A stretch of 64,000 bases of DNA from Bacteroidota bacterium (GTDB taxonomy: Bacteria > Bacteroidota > Bacteroidia > 2-12-FULL-35-15), in the NCBI GenBank assembly GCA_003151815.1, contig PLYN01000045.1, forward strand, positions 126,511 to 190,510, in the 5' to 3' direction. Position numbers and translations under genes: made by a program. Each line of letters starts with the position of its first letter. Position 1 is the stretch's first letter. Below the pieces are notes generated by a model. That model saw only the letters and a program-made list of their open reading frames with translations. It did no database searches and was not told the origin of the DNA. Shown here one piece after another: positions 50,679 through 63,600 of the stretch.

Positions 50679-53600
50679 TTAATTCACGATCAGCCTCTTG
50701 CAGTATATTTTTTGGTTAGAAGTAGCAGTGATCATATACACTCCCTTACTTAATTTTTGAAGTAGGTCAATAGCATAAACAGCGTTTCCTTTTTGCTCAG
50801 TAACAACTATTTTAGAGTATAATTCCTGACCTAAAACATCATACACCACAATCACAACTTCCTGACCTTTTTCGGCAGTGATGATAGAATTAAGTGCTGT
50901 ACCATCACTTGGATTGGGTGAAATGTTAAACGAGAAGTCCGCGTTTCCTTTAATCTCCACTACAGCAATATTCGAATATTTAAACTCCCCATTAAAATCG
51001 GTTTGTTTCAAGCGGTAATAATAAACACCCGGAGTCACATTATCGTCATTTAAATAATAAGAAAGATCCGATGTGCTATTTCCGCCTTTTGCTTTAGAAG
51101 GAACGATAACACCTACAGCAAAAAAGTGGATCCCATCTAACGAACGTTCAACAGTAAAATAATCGTTGTTGATCTCCGATGCTGTTTGCCAGGTAGCATC
51201 AACCGTACTACCATTGTATGTAGCATTAAAATAAAGCAATTCAATAGGCAATGGATTCGTATTTGTAGTATCACCGAACGTAAAAGGACTGAATTCGGTA
51301 ACCAATGTATTGGAGGTAATGGAACCGGAAGAACTTCCTCCACAGCTTCCTGTAGTAGTAACCCTCGGATTATTATCTTCCCATGAACCCATAGTGCCGC
51401 CTGCATTAGTAGCGTTAGAAGGATCCCAATGCGCAATTTTCAAGGTGTTGCAATTTGATATTCCGCTCCAGCCGGCATCTTGCCACCATAACGTTAACTT
51501 TCCTCCATGAACTGTATTAACAGGACTTACTCTGAAAAAGTCCCAACGTTCTACAGCACTTACTTTTTTAAGTACCGGCGAAGGCGTTGCAGCCATATAT
51601 GCCGGGGTAACTTTTGCAGCCGAGGTATTATAATATTCCGCCTGAAAATCACAAATAGTATCCAGATTTTTTATACCTATTCTTGCCCATTTTGTTCCTT
51701 TTCCGGTAGGAAAAACATATGGACCTACCCCGTGTAATCCATTCCACCTCATCGGTCCGCTAACAAAACTACCAACATTACCGCTATCTGAACTTGCGGT
51801 ACTGGTAAGGGTTAGCAGGTTAGATGTACTCGAAATTATAATGCCATTCGTCAGCTTAAGCGTATTAGTAATAGTAGCCGGCTGAGTAAGCGTATCATTA
51901 TTACTACCGGAGCCTCCTGTTTTGTTCATCGTAACACTATAAAAAAAGTTTTCTGCAATACCACCTATGGATGTGTTTGTAGTGCCCTGAAACGTTGTTG
52001 TTCCGGAAGCAGGCGTAAATGCTCCATTGTTTAACCAATTACCACATACATTTAAACCATAGGTAGTCAAATATTCAAGGGAAGCGCCTGTTGAAATCGT
52101 CAAATCTCTACAAACCGCACCCGCAGCCCCAATTTGTGGGAATTGAGCACCTGGAGGAGTAGTAGGAATAAACGCGTCAGCAGTACAAGAAGGGATGCCA
52201 CACCAGTTACCGACAGTAAACCAACTTCGATCGGGATTAGCAAGCCCTGTCCAGTAACCACTTGGGTTGATAGTTGCCGTTACTATTTGAGGAGACATTC
52301 CACCATCTGTTCCAACACAACCTGTTGCCGTAACAGTAGGTATTACAGAATAGGTTACGGTAGTTATAGCACCTGTATTAATTGTTATTGTATTATTAAT
52401 GGTAGCACCGCTTTGTGTCGTTAAACTTTCACCAGTTGTGCTGGCATTGTCTGCCGCAATCCATGCATACGTTGAAGCCGCTGCCGGGGTACTTGCTAAT
52501 GGAATGTTCAGAGCCGTTCCGCTACACGCATATCCTACTGTAGTTGTTACTGCCGGACGAGGATTCGGATTTAATGCTAAAGTACGTGCTGTTCCATCGC
52601 CGCATGAATTATATTCGATTACCTGAACGTTTCCTGCTACAGCTCCTGCTGTTACCGTTATCGAATTGGAATTGCCACCTCCTGTAATTGTCCAATCGGA
52701 GGGTACCGACCATTGGTAACTCACTGCAGTTCTGTTTTGTGTAGTATATACCTGTGTTGTACCTTGACAAGGAGTAGTATTGGGAGCTATATTTGCAAGA
52801 ACAGTAACAGCAAGTATTGATGCTGTACTTGTTGAACAGCCACTGCTGGCAGTTACGGTTATGTTTCCATTTGAACCGGCGACACCCGCAGGTACCGATA
52901 TTGAAGTGGTTCCTTGGCCTGTTATTGCACCCCAACCTGCAGGCACCGTCCAAGTATACGTTGTAGCGTTAGTTACCGGGGCAATGCTGTAAGGCTCAAC
53001 AAACCCTGCGTATGTGGTAACAATACCTGAAATGGCGCCCGGTGCAGCAGGAGCAGCGGGGTTTACAACAATTGTTGCGGTGATAGCAGGACCGGCACAG
53101 AAAGTACCTGTAGGTCCTGTTGGTATGATGGTAAAGGTTACCGTTATAGCTGAGGATGTTGAATTGGTTAATACCACTCCTGTAATATCTCCGGTACCAC
53201 TGGCAGCAATACCTGTTACGCCCACTGTGTTATCCCTCGTCCATGCATAAGTAGTACCTGCAACGCCATTACTTGTGCTTAAAGCCATTGTTGCAAATCC
53301 TCCGGTAGAACATATTGTTTGACCACTATTAGTAACTGTTGCCAGAGGTATTACATTTACAGTTGCTGTTATGGTATTCGAATTTACAGCAGCTACCGAT
53401 GCGCAAGCCGGAACATCCACATCAGGAGTCATCACTACACTTACTTTATCGTTATTGGCGAGTGTTGAAGTGGTATAATTGGAATATATTTCACCGGCAA
53501 TATTTACTCCGGCCTTTTGCCATTGATAGGATGGAGTAGTACCGGCATTGGTAGGCGTAGGAGTAAATACCACACTGGTTCCGGCACATATAGCTCCCGA

Positions 53601-56600
53601 CGGTGATGCCGCAATTGTAACAGATGGATTTAAAGGCGTAATAGAGAATGTTCCAATTGCAGGCGATGTAGTAGGCGGACAAGGAGCGGATGTTACTGTT
53701 CGTTGATACCAGGTATTGGCTCCTAAGGCCCCCGGTGAATAATCCGGTGTTGTGGCGATAGTTCCACCCCAACCTGCGGTACTACTTGTAGTAGATGATA
53801 CCCATGCATATGTATAGGCTCCATTACCGCCTGCAGGAAGGCCACCTGCCAATGGCGAAGGTGTTGCTCCTGAGCAAATACTTTGTGTTGCACTGATGAT
53901 ATTATTAGTTATGGCGGTATTTACTGTTATTGCAATTACGGCAGAAGTATCTGTTGCACAAACGCCGGATGTTATATATCTTCTATACCAGGTTGTTACC
54001 GTTGGTATATTGCCACCCGTAAGACTACGGGTGGTGAGGGATTGTATTCCACCAAATAGAACAAAACCGGCAGTACTACTTGTTGTTGACCATTGCCAAT
54101 GAGCAGAAGGGGATCCATTACCTCCCCCGGGTGTAGTACCTGTTAAACCGGCAGGTGTAGAACCTGTACAAATAACCTGTGCAGTGCTTATTACGTTGTT
54201 ATTAATAGGACTGTTAACGCTCATGGTTATGGTATTGGATGTTGACTGCCATGGAGTAGCACAACCCAAGCTGGTAGTCATTAAAACGGTAATAGCATCA
54301 TTATTTGAAAGCGTAGTAGCAGCATACGTATAACTATTCGTTCCAACCAAGGCTCCACCATTTTTCCATTGATAAACAGGAGTTCCGCCGCCACTTGGTG
54401 TTGCAGTAAATGTTACACCTGTACCGTTACAAATAGCAGTTGCAGTTGCAGCAATGCTTACACTTGGCGATACACTGGTACCAATAGTTAAACTAAATGT
54501 TGCTGTTGATGCAACACCTGTACATGTTCCTGTTGCAGTTAAGGTATAAACAGTTAATGCCTGACCGGTGGTGGGGGTTCCGCTGATGGTATAAACACCA
54601 TTGGAGTATGAACCTGTAATGCCCGTAGGTAATGCAGGACTCACTGAAGCGCCTGTTCCGCTGCCGGTGAGTGTATAAGTAACAGGTACAATGGTGTTGC
54701 CGGAACATAAATTTTGATTGTTAGTACCGGGTACTGATGTTAAACTGATTACAGCATAGGGAGTAATGTGCATAAAGATAGGCGTAGAAATATACGAACA
54801 ATTATTGGTAGCATTATTAGATATCATATTTACAGCGATAGCATCTCCTTCTGCAAGTGTTGCATCACTATATGTTGTAGAATTTGTTCCAACATTCACA
54901 CCATTTTTTGTCCATTGATAAGTTGGTGTAGTTCCGCCGTGAAAAGGGGTGGCTGTAAATGTTACATTGGTTCCTGCACAAATGCTATTGGAAGTACTTG
55001 CCGCAATAGTAACATAGGCAACCGTAACCGAAAATGTAAAGGCAGTACCTGCACCACTACAATTAACCGGTGTCACAGTAATATTACCGGATGTGGTACT
55101 TGGATTTACATAAATCGAGCTGGTAGAGTCACCCGAAATTTGAACCCATCCTGTAGGAAATGTCCAACGATAATGATCCGCCGTAGCAGGATTTATATTA
55201 TAATTTTGCGAATAGCCGGCGCATGGATATTGAATACCTGCCGTGTTAACAGTTAATAAAGCCAATCCATTGCTATATACAAAAGGTGTACAAGTACCGG
55301 AAACTTTGCAACGGTAATAATTACCATTCTTGGTTGAAGCAGGAGTGACAATTGTTAATGTTGCCGTTGTTCCATTCGTATAAGTTGCGTTAACAGGAAC
55401 GGCTGCAAAAGTGGCTCCTCCATCGGTGCTTTCCTCCCATTGATAGCTAAGACCTGCACCTGTTGCAGTAACTGTAAAAATACCATTTGGTGTTGCCGGT
55501 GTTGCTGTTGGATCTACCAAATATGAGACCGGTTGACCGGTAATAGCAGGCAATGCATTTACCATAACTGCCACGGCACTGCTGGTAACAGAAGTACAAG
55601 GTGCTGTTCCTGTTACAACCGCATCATAATTTCCTGCAGCAGCAACAGCAGGATTTGTGATGGTTAAGGTAGCTCCGGTAACACCACTATAAGTGGCATT
55701 ATTAGCGATATTTGAACCTGCTAGCCTCCATTGATATGTTAAGCCCGTGCCGGTTGCGGTCACACTAATAGTACCTGATCCTGAACCGGCACAAAATGCA
55801 GCGGGAGCGACCGGCTGAACAGTTATTGTAGGTAAAGCGTTTACTGTTTCAGCAACACCACTTATTGTAGAACCGCATGGACTTGTTGCCGTTATTGAAT
55901 AATTCCCTGCCATTGCTGTTGTAACACTTGCATTTACTACTCCGGGACTTAATGAAGTAGAAGTAAAACCGTTGGGACCTGTCCAGCTATAGCTGGTTGC
56001 ATTGGTTGCAGCGCCGGTCATTGATAAACTACTTCCCGAACATATTGGATTGGTATTAGGAGTTGCTGATACAGCAGAAGGAACGGCTGATACAGTAACT
56101 GTCGCGCTTTGTCCGGAACTACAACCTCCTGCTGTAACAGAATAGGTAATTGTACATGATCCTGCTGCAACACCGGTCACCACGCCTCCGGCACTTACCG
56201 TTGCCACTGCAGTATTACTGCTTGCCCAAACTCCTGCTGCATCCGGATATCGAACAATCACAATACCTGAACCACCGGCACCGGCAAGTGTACCATCACC
56301 AATTCCGGTACCACCACCACCACCACCTGTATTTGCTGTTCCATTATTACCTGCACCTGTAGATCCGGCACCACCACCACCATTACCAGCAGCACCAACC
56401 GACCCTGACGCACAAACAACACCACCGCCACCGCCACCGGCATAATATACAGATGAACCGGAAATAGCATAAGCCAATCCTGCTCCACCTGCTCCACCTG
56501 CTCCGGTAGCTCCAGTTGTTCCCGCTTTATCTGCACCACCACCACCACCAGCACCTGTATTACAACCAATTGTTGGATTTTGTCCTGATCCACCTGAATT

Positions 56601-58586
56601 TCCCTGACCGGCAGTATTCGTACCAGCAACTGATAAACCAGCAGTAAACTCCCCAGCAGCTCCACCACCGGAACCTCCGGCACCAGCTGTATTTGAACCA
56701 TTAGGATTATTATAACTTCCCCCACGACCACCGCCATTTGCCGTAATCAATGCTCCAAATGTTGTATTTGAGCCCACAAAGCCTGCATTAGCATTAGCAC
56801 CGGCTGCGCCACCGGTACCAATAGTTATTGCATAAGTAGTATTAGCTGCAACTGCTTGACTTGCATTATGAACCAAACCACCGGCACCTCCTCCACCACC
56901 GCCATTTCCACCACCACCACCACCACCGGCAACTGCTAATACCTCTATATTGCCGCTAAAACCTGCCGGGGTTATAAAATTTCCATTTCCTGTAAAAGTA
57001 TGCGTACGATATCCACCTGAAGTAGTACCACCTGCAGGAGGAGTACTTGCCAATGTTGTTGTACTACCAATACATACAGAGGTGGTACCTGTAATAGAAG
57101 CGGGAGTGGGCGGTAAAGTAGATGACACTTCTAATATACGAGTAGGAGTAGTACAAGCACCAACAACTGCGTAAACACTGACATTTCCATTTTGACCTGC
57201 AGTACCTACGGTTGATACTGTCATTGAATTGGTTGCTCCACCAGCCTGCGTCCATCCTGTAGGAACTGTCCAAGTATAAGTAGGACCTCCGGCAACTGCA
57301 GTAATACTATATGCTTGAGTCACTGCACCGGGACATTGCTGAACAGTTCCGGTTATAGCACTCAGTGTGGCAGGCGCTGTAGTTATGGTTACCGTTACGT
57401 CAAACCTTGTTGTACTTTCACAACCACTAACCGTTTGGGTTGCATAATAATGAGTTGCAGTAACCAAAGCGGTGCTAGTTGCTAATGCTGTACCTCCACT
57501 TGATGCGGCATACCATTGTATTGCTGTTCCTGTTGCTGTTAAGCTTGCTACGGTTGGACTCGAACTACTACAAAAGCTTTGAGAAGCACTACCTGTGGGT
57601 GCTGCCGGTGGACTGACTACTGTCCAGGTAATTACTACATAGCCATCTTTACCATTGACAGAAGTACAAGTACTGTTAATCGTTCCACCAGTAGCATTAC
57701 CAGCAGCACCTCCAGCATTACCGGGTACTGTACCAGCACCATTTGTTATTGTATTAGCTGTTCCTGCATTCGTTGAGCTGGATCCACCAGCACCACCACC
57801 ACCGCCAGTACCATTATTGACACCACCATTACCACCAAGGGCACCACCACCACCTCCTCCACCACCACCATTAGTACCGGAAGCTCCCCCATTTGCTCCT
57901 ATACCTGTACCTGTATTTCCTGAACCACCAGCGCCCCCACTATTACTACCATTAACACCACCACCACCACCAGCGCCACCAACGCTACTAACACTACCAC
58001 CACCACCACCACCACCACCAGCTATAGCAAGTGTTGTACTTGTGGTTGAATTTAAAACATAAGAAGCGCCACCACCACCCCCACCTGCGCCAGCTTGAGA
58101 AGCAGTTGCTGCTCCTCCGCCCCCTCCTGCATGGGTTGCGTTTCCATATCCGGAGCCGCCAGCACCAACACAAGCACCACCGCAGCAACCATTCCCACCA
58201 TGTCCACCAACAACAACTGTTAAAACATCAGCAGGGCTTACTGCATAAGTAGCTGTTGCATAAGCTCCACCACCACCGCTACCACCTGCTTTACTATTAC
58301 TTCCACCATCACCACCCGCACCACCACCGGCACCCCAACATTTAACAACTATTGAAGTAACACCACAAGGAACAGTAAATGATTGAGTACCGCCTGTATA
58401 AGAAAAATTAGTAGTTTGTGCAAATAATTTATTGGGTAGGATTGCCGCAAGAAGAACCACAATGCAAAAAAGGAAGGATGAAATTATTTTTTTACCCGTA
58501 TTCGAACGCAACAAAGAAGCACCAGAGGCCTTCTCCTTCTTGCTTTTTGAAACATCTAAAAACTTATTTGGGTAAGATTTTATCAT
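50679..58586 (-). CDS. Giant T9SS type A CTD protein with two glycine-rich domains and Ig/PKD-like repeats, 2635 aa
   Basis: Extended signal peptide ending LFA-Q; polyglycine domains; Ig-like repeats; LPIELLYF...[11 protein letters not shown]; type A CTD (ISPNP...VYDVLGQ...LSKGVY...LIV). Confidence 0.9.
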   Translation of the reverse strand: MIKSYPNKFLDVSKSKKEKASGASLLRSNTGKKIISSFLFCIVVLLAAILPNKLFAQTTNFSYTGGTQSFTVPCGVTSIVVKCWGAGGGAGGDGGSNSKAGGSGGGGAYATATYAVSPADVLTVVVGGHGGNGCCGGACVGAGGSGYGNATHAGGGGGAATASQAGAGGGGGGASYVLNSTTSTTLAIAGGGGGGGGSVSSVGGAGGGGGVNGSNSGGAGGSGNTGTGIGANGGASGTNGGGGGGGGGALGGNGGVNNGTGGGGGAGGSSSTNAGTANTITNGAGTVPGNAGGAAGNATGGTINSTCTSVNGKDGYVVITWTVVSPPAAPTGSASQSFCSSSSPTVASLTATGTAIQWYAASSGGTALATSTALVTATHYYATQTVSGCESTTRFDVTVTITTAPATLSAITGTVQQCPGAVTQAYSITAVAGGPTYTWTVPTGWTQAGGATNSMTVSTVGTAGQNGNVSVYAVVGACTTPTRILEVSSTLPPTPASITGTTSVCIGSTTTLASTPPAGGTTSGGYRTHTFTGNGNFITPAGFSGNIEVLAVAGGGGGGGNGGGGGGAGGLVHNASQAVAANTTYAITIGTGGAAGANANAGFVGSNTTFGALITANGGGRGGSYNNPNGSNTAGAGGSGGGAAGEFTAGLSVAGTNTAGQGNSGGSGQNPTIGCNTGAGGGGGADKAGTTGATGAGGAGGAGLAYAISGSSVYYAGGGGGGVVCASGSVGAAGNGGGGAGSTGAGNNGTANTGGGGGGTGIGDGTLAGAGGSGIVIVRYPDAAGVWASSNTAVATVSAGGVVTGVAAGSCTITYSVTAGGCSSGQSATVTVSAVPSAVSATPNTNPICSGSSLSMTGAATNATSYSWTGPNGFTSTSLSPGVVNASVTTAMAGNYSITATSPCGSTISGVAETVNALPTITVQPVAPAAFCAGSGSGTISVTATGTGLTYQWRLAGSNIANNATYSGVTGATLTITNPAVAAAGNYDAVVTGTAPCTSVTSSAVAVMVNALPAITGQPVSYLVDPTATPATPNGIFTVTATGAGLSYQWEESTDGGATFAAVPVNATYTNGTTATLTIVTPASTKNGNYYRCKVSGTCTPFVYSNGLALLTVNTAGIQYPCAGYSQNYNINPATADHYRWTFPTGWVQISGDSTSSIYVNPSTTSGNITVTPVNCSGAGTAFTFSVTVAYVTIAASTSNSICAGTNVTFTATPFHGGTTPTYQWTKNGVNVGTNSTTYSDATLAEGDAIAVNMISNNATNNCSYISTPIFMHITPYAVISLTSVPGTNNQNLCSGNTIVPVTYTLTGSGTGASVSPALPTGITGSYSNGVYTISGTPTTGQALTVYTLTATGTCTGVASTATFSLTIGTSVSPSVSIAATATAICNGTGVTFTATPSGGGTPVYQWKNGGALVGTNSYTYAATTLSNNDAITVLMTTSLGCATPWQSTSNTITMSVNSPINNNVISTAQVICTGSTPAGLTGTTPGGGNGSPSAHWQWSTTSSTAGFVLFGGIQSLTTRSLTGGNIPTVTTWYRRYITSGVCATDTSAVIAITVNTAITNNIISATQSICSGATPSPLAGGLPAGGNGAYTYAWVSSTTSSTAGWGGTIATTPDYSPGALGANTWYQRTVTSAPCPPTTSPAIGTFSITPLNPSVTIAASPSGAICAGTSVVFTPTPTNAGTTPSYQWQKAGVNIAGEIYSNYTTSTLANNDKVSVVMTPDVDVPACASVAAVNSNTITATVNVIPLATVTNSGQTICSTGGFATMALSTSNGVAGTTYAWTRDNTVGVTGIAASGTGDITGVVLTNSTSSAITVTFTIIPTGPTGTFCAGPAITATIVVNPAAPAAPGAISGIVTTYAGFVEPYSIAPVTNATTYTWTVPAGWGAITGQGTTSISVPAGVAGSNGNITVTASSGCSTSTASILAVTVLANIAPNTTPCQGTTQVYTTQNRTAVSYQWSVPSDWTITGGGNSNSITVTAGAVAGNVQVIEYNSCGDGTARTLALNPNPRPAVTTTVGYACSGTALNIPLASTPAAASTYAWIAADNASTTGESLTTQSGATINNTITINTGAITTVTYSVIPTVTATGCVGTDGGMSPQIVTATINPSGYWTGLANPDRSWFTVGNWCGIPSCTADAFIPTTPPGAQFPQIGAAGAVCRDLTISTGASLEYLTTYGLNVCGNWLNNGAFTPASGTTTFQGTTNTSIGGIAENFFYSVTMNKTGGSGSNNDTLTQPATITNTLKLTNGIIISSTSNLLTLTSTASSDSGNVGSFVSGPMRWNGLHGVGPYVFPTGKGTKWARIGIKNLDTICDFQAEYYNTSAAKVTPAYMAATPSPVLKKVSAVERWDFFRVSPVNTVHGGKLTLWWQDAGWSGISNCNTLKIAHWDPSNATNAGGTMGSWEDNNPRVTTTGSCGGSSSGSITSNTLVTEFSPFTFGDTTNTNPLPIELLYFNATYNGSTVDATWQTASEINNDYFTVERSLDGIHFFAVGVIVPSKAKGGNSTSDLSYYLNDDNVTPGVYYYRLKQTDFNGEFKYSNIAVVEIKGNADFSFNISPNPSDGTALNSIITAEKGQEVVIVVYDVLGQELYSKIVVTEQKGNAVYAIDLLQKLSKGVYMITATSNQKIYCKRLIVN

Positions 58587-58809
58587 TTTAAAAATCAGTT
58601 TCTGCTAAAAAGTTTTAAATTAATAGTATTATCTCAAGCAATTCTACGCAAATTCTCCTATCAAGGTTTCAAATTTTAAACATTCGAAGGTTGATAAATA
58701 GATGTTCGAATTAGAATTATCGTATAAACTTAACAAGCAAAAATAAGCCAAAAATGCTTGGTTTCTCTAATTTTTATCAACAAAATTCATTGATCTGTTA
58801 TCATTTCTT

Positions 58810-58947
58810 AAGGATTCATCAGGATTAACGAAAATGAACAGGATTGGGTTGCATTTGTTGATAAGTTAGAGATTAAAAAAATACAGATTGCAGATTGGAA
58901 AATTGAAGGTTGTATGGATAAGACAAATGACACGAATTTCACGAATT
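58810..58947. repeat. Three unpaired short-period repeat arms
   Basis: AGGATT-based ~9-10-mers (58810-58845), CAGATTG x2 (58884-58897), CACGAATTT/CACGAATT (58931-58947). Confidence 0.6.
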
Positions 58948-59050
58948 AAAACTCAAATGTACGGATAAAGACGTTGAAGGAGTTTTTTATGGATTATCGT
59001 TTGTATTTAATACTTGCATTTCGACTGGTAAAGAATGTTTTTGACTAAAG

Positions 59051-59083
59051 ACATTGAATACATGTAAATGTTCCTTACATTTG
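59051..59083 (+). promoter_or_regulatory. TA operon promoter (-7 box TACATTTG) with adjacent dyad
   Basis: TACATTTG at 59076-59083; ACATT...TACATGTA..AATGT dyad just upstream. Confidence 0.5.
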
Positions 59084-59096
59084 CATAACAAATTAG

Positions 59097-59354
59097 ATGG
59101 AACTTCGAACAATGGAAACGATTAGAAACCTTATTACAATCGATAGTGAAATACTTGGTGGGCAGCCTGTTTTTAAGGGTACCCGAGTACCTATCGAGAC
59201 TTTATTCTTACATTTAGAGAAAGGCATTTCACTAAATGAGTTTTTAGAGGACTTTCCCACCGTAACCCAAGATCAAGCTGTTGCAATTCTTGAAGTTGCA
59301 GAAAAAGTTTTAACTTCTAAAAACTTTGCTAAGTTATATGAAACTGCTGCTTGA
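59097..59354 (+). CDS. DUF433 antitoxin (VapB45-like)
   Basis: ITIDSEILGGQPVFKGTRVPI...EFLEDFPTV. Confidence 0.92.
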   Translation: MELRTMETIRNLITIDSEILGGQPVFKGTRVPIETLFLHLEKGISLNEFLEDFPTVTQDQAVAILEVAEKVLTSKNFAKLYETAA

Positions 59355-59658
59355 CGAAAATCTACCCAAAAGGCTCAAAATAGATCTTTCAGAACATGAT
59401 ACTTACACCGTCAGAGATAAGGGTTGGAACGGAAAGAAAAACGGGGAACTTTTAAAGCTGATGCTAGAGGATAGTTTTGAGGTTTTAATTACTTTTGACA
59501 AAAATCTTCAATATCAGCAAAATTTTAGCAAATATTCGCTTCCCGTATTGGTTCTAAATGCGACTGACAATTCATATCTTACACTTCGTTTACTTGTTCC
59601 GCAAATTAAGATTATTTTGTCAAAACCCCTAAATGTAGGATCAATAGAAGTGAAATAA
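59338..59658 (+). CDS. DUF5615 PIN-like toxin
   Basis: MKLLLDENLP, GW.G.KNGELL, LITFDKNL.YQQN; overlaps the DUF433 3' end by 17 nt. Confidence 0.9.
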   Translation: MKLLLDENLPKRLKIDLSEHDTYTVRDKGWNGKKNGELLKLMLEDSFEVLITFDKNLQYQQNFSKYSLPVLVLNATDNSYLTLRLLVPQIKIILSKPLNVGSIEVK

Positions 59659-59726
59659 AGTTTTAGACTTTTTTGTCGTAAACGAATTCCCGACAAAATT
59701 AAATTTTTTTTTGGATGTAGGAAAGT

Positions 59727-59987
59727 TTATAAATAATGCCCCTTGAGAGAATAAACATAAATTGTTTGATTTTCAATTGAATAGACCAGCCTGTTTTCTC
59801 TATCAATTCTCCTTGACCATTTACCTGTAAGCTGATGTTTAAGAGGTTCTGGCTTACCAATGCCATCGAAAGGGTTTTCAACAATAGCTCTTGTAAGCAT
59901 TGCAATACGTTTGAGGATAATTTTATTTCCAGTCTTTTTCCAATAAACTAAATGTTCATGAGCCTTTGGGAGTATAACTACTTCCAT
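59727..59987 (-). CDS. yoeB: Txe/YoeB family toxin
   Basis: NPFDGIGKPEPLKH.L.G.WSRRI..E.RLVY and C-terminal GHY. Confidence 0.95.
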   Translation of the reverse strand: MEVVILPKAHEHLVYWKKTGNKIILKRIAMLTRAIVENPFDGIGKPEPLKHQLTGKWSRRIDRENRLVYSIENQTIYVYSLKGHYL

Positions 59988-60199
59988 AAATCATCCAATT
60001 CTTTGAGGGTAATTTTTTTTCCTTTCCCATTTTTTAAGTCTTTATCACCCTGTTGAATCATCGCAACAAATTCAGGATTATAAGGAGACTTATTTTTAGG
60101 AACTTCGAATTTTATTTTTAATGCCTTCATAAAAGCCTTTAAAGCTTCGAATTTATCATCACTACCCGGATGAACAATTATTATGTCAGATGTTTTCAT
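59978..60199 (-). CDS. DUF2683-like antitoxin
   Basis: ALKAFMKALKIKFE, SPYNPEFV..I, LDDLWK; 10-nt overlap with yoeB; TACCTTTG box at 60227-60234 supports the ATG at 60199. Confidence 0.85.
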   Translation of the reverse strand: MKTSDIIIVHPGSDDKFEALKAFMKALKIKFEVPKNKSPYNPEFVAMIQQGDKDLKNGKGKKITLKELDDLWK

Positions 60200-60263
60200 T
60201 TGTAGATAATTTGTTTTTTCACAATACAAAGGTAATGTCATTATACTACAAATTGCAAATAAA

Positions 60264-60484
60264 TTAAATGAATTCGGCTAAAGGGTGATAAATAATCTGA
60301 TAAGGACTTTCCATCATAATTGTTTAGTGACTAGCAATTTCGCTGCTTTCACCACTTCTTCACGGCTTTTTCCTTTTACTTTCCCTGATTCAATGTCCTT
60401 TGCCCGACGCTGCATTTCCTTTACAAACACATTATTCCAAATTTCGTGTTTTTCTTTTATTTCTTCCTCCACTATTGTCCTCAA
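60264..60484 (-). pseudogene. Decayed addiction-module antitoxin plus first 17 codons of a RelE/ParE-like toxin
   Basis: Hand translation: 60484-60314 LRTIVEEEIKEKHEIWNNVFVKEMQRRAKDIESGKVKGKSREEVV...; ATGA-coupled 60317-60264 MMESPYQIIYHPLAEFI-stop. Confidence 0.7.
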
Positions 60485-60650
60485 ATTGTGTCAAGCTATT
60501 TCAGGGATAGACATAATTCAAAACCAGAGCGCCATTGCGAGGGAGGAGCGAAGGGAGTTAATACAAAAAACCAAATAACCATAATGGTATTTTATTTTTA
60601 AAGCCATATTCAATATCGTTAGATGCTATAAATGCAAGGGTTGAAAAAAA

Positions 60651-63600
60651 CTAATAGCTTTTCATTGAAGTAGGCGCGGCAGGGGCAGCCTGTAATGTTT
60701 GTGTGCCACCCGCAGTTGTTGGCCCACCGGATTGCGTACCGGCATATGTAAGATCGCCGGCTGTTATTGCATTACAAGTAATTGTATTACCACTTGTTGG
60801 TGAAGCAACAACATCTACTGTTATCCAAAAATAATAGGTTGTTCCTGATGTGAGTGTGGGAGTTGTAAAAGCGGCGAATGAACGAGTACCTGCACCACCA
60901 CCGGCAGTAAGCAAATCAGCACCTACTTGAGTAGCAGTACCGGGAAAAGTATTTGAAGCGCTATACCATAATTGATATTTAACAATGTCAGCCTGTGCAT
61001 AGCTTCCTGTGGTAGTAAATTGAACATTTGTTAAGTTTCCATTACCAACTGTAATTGCCCCACTGAAACTTTGAATAGGAACTTTTAGGGTGGATGGAAC
61101 TTTACAAGCTGCAGATATAGTGTTTGAAGCTAATGCAATTGCCGAACAAGCACCAACAGTAATAGGTGCTGTAACTGCAGTAGAGGTACAACCGGAAGCA
61201 CCGGGGTATGAATAACTTATTGTAGCTGAACTCCCTGCCGAAACACCTGTAATAGTTGTTGCAGAACTTGTTGCAGTAACAGTAGTAGTACCAACGGTTA
61301 CTTGTCCATTATTACTTGACCAGGTGCCACCTGTTGGATCGGGATAACGTATAATAACAATACCTAAACCTCCTGCTCCACCTGAATAACCTGCATCACC
61401 ACCACCACCACCACCACCAGTATTTGCTGTGCCGGCAACTCCAGTAGTATTAGTTCCGCCCGCTCCACCGCCACCCGAACCACCGGCTGCTGCAGAAAGA
61501 CCACTTCCGGCATTATAAACACAACCACCACCGCCACCGCCATAAGTAACAGAAGCTCCCGAGATCGAAAAAGCTTTACCGTTTCCCCCCGCTCCTGCAG
61601 TATTACCGCTTCCTGCAACTCCAACAGCACCGGCACCACCGCCACCCGAACCTCCCCAACCAAAACTACTTTCTGTTCCCCCGTCATTACCTTGACCTGC
61701 CGGACTTGCAGTTCCACCGATACCCAATGTTGTACCATCCGCCGGACTTCCACCACCTCCGCTACCTCCATTATCACCAGCCTGTCCGTAACAGGGTGAT
61801 CCACAAATCCTTGTGCCACCGCCACCGCCACCTGCAGCAGTTATTCCGTTGAAAACTGAAGCTTGGCCGTCGTTTCCATTTGTAGAATTATAAGCACCAC
61901 CATTGCCACCACTACCCACTGTAACTGCATATCCGGTAGAAGCAGCCACTGATGATGTAGTATATATTACACCTCCTGCACCACCACCACCACCAAAACC
62001 GCCACCACCACCGCCACCCGCAACAATTAATACCTCTACAGTTCCAGGGTTAAAACCTAAAGTTGTAAATGATTGTCCATCGGTAGTAAATTTATGTATT
62101 CGATACCCTCCCGAAGAAGTAATGGTACCACCGGTAGGAAGCCCTGCTGTAGTTAATACTGATGTAGCTGCACAATTAATAGAAGTTGTTCCTGTAATAG
62201 CATCTGGGGCTGGCAAAGTATAAACCGTCATTGTTCCTGTTGCATAGGTAATTGTATAATTACTTAGCCCTGACCCAACGGCAGCACTGGGAGTAATTGT
62301 GGAAGCTCCTGCTCCTGCTCCTGCTGCTGCACCGGCACACGCAAATGTTGCGCTGGTAACAGCATCTGTATTTTTGAGCCCGCTTGTGGCAAATTCAGTT
62401 CCGGCAAATGTATAAGTTGATCCCTGGCATTTAGGTATATTATAGGCGGTTATGGTTAATGGGGCGGTAACTGTAATTACTTTAGTCTGTGCAGGGCTGG
62501 CAGTACAAGGAAAACCGGCACCACCATATATATAGGAAATGGTGGTTGTTCCATATGCAACACCCGTAACAACTCCTGTAGATGCATTTACGGTTGCTAC
62601 CGCTGGCGCACTGCTTGACCAAGTACCTGCAGTTACATCTGCATAGCGAACTATTACTATTCCAGTACCTCCTGCACCACCAGCGCTACCACCTCCACCA
62701 CCACTACCTGTATTTGCTGTACCCACTCCTCCTGAAGGTCCACCCGCACCTCCAACTGCGCTACCTCCAGATCCATTATTTGCTGTTTTCCCTGCTGCCG
62801 GTGGATAACATGTAATACCACCGCCACCGCCACCCGCATAAAATGTTGCTGTTCCGGAAATACTACTTGATATTCCTGCCCCACCATTACCACCAGTCGC
62901 ACTTGTATTGGCAACAAATCCACCATTACCACCTACAGCACCTGCACCACCACCGCCGCCACCTGCTGAATAACATCCCTTATCACCAACTGTGGCAATA
63001 AACCAATTACCATTACCACCTGCACTTTTTGACGTACCAGAACCACCTGCAGCAACACCTGTAGAAAGTGCAGCAGTACTAGCACCACCACCACCACCAC
63101 CTGAACCACCTGAAAGAGCGTTTCCACCAGCATCTCTGGATGCACCACCACCACCACCGGTAGAGGTGATAACTGTTCCCGTTCCAAATACGGAACTCCC
63201 GCCAACAAATACCCCTGCACCGCCTGAATTAGTCCCTACAAGTCCACCATCACCAACAGTCACAGGGTAAGTAGTATTCGCGGCAATTAGATAATTTGTA
63301 TTAGTTGTATATGCACCCGCACCACCACCACCACCACCATTAGCGCCACCGCCACCACCACCACCAACAACCAAATACTCAAAATTGCTTGGTATGAAAC
63401 CAACAGGAGTAATGAATGATGTCGATCCAACAGTTGTAAATTTGTGGACTCTATAACCTGCTGCTGTACCGGGTGAACTACTAACTAAATCACCACCGGA
63501 AGGACCTGTTATAGTTAGGGCAATTGTAGAGCCAACCACAACAGCTGCTGGTCCACCAATTGACGGTGCTTGTTTGCATTGTGAAAAAGTTTTATTAGGC

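Noticed and set aside
57655..58062. Proline-rich plus-strand ORFs (also 61903-62223, 62992-63270) and Val-rich alternative-frame ORFs
   Set aside because: Antisense or frame shadows of (GGT)n glycine codons in the real minus-strand genes.
48742..58640. Shared TTATCTCAAGCA 12-mer upstream of both giant genes
   Set aside because: Opposite orientations relative to the two genes; short and AT-rich; the 48742-48774 copy is explained by a local hairpin.
59097..60484. Integron cassette array or prophage remnant
   Set aside because: No integrase, recognisable attC structure or phage structural genes; the TTGTCG/CGACAA dyad near 59672-59696 fits a simple hairpin between convergent genes.
60285..60578. 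97-aa plus-strand ORF
   Set aside because: No recognisable motifs; it is the antisense shadow of the decayed antitoxin/toxin frames.
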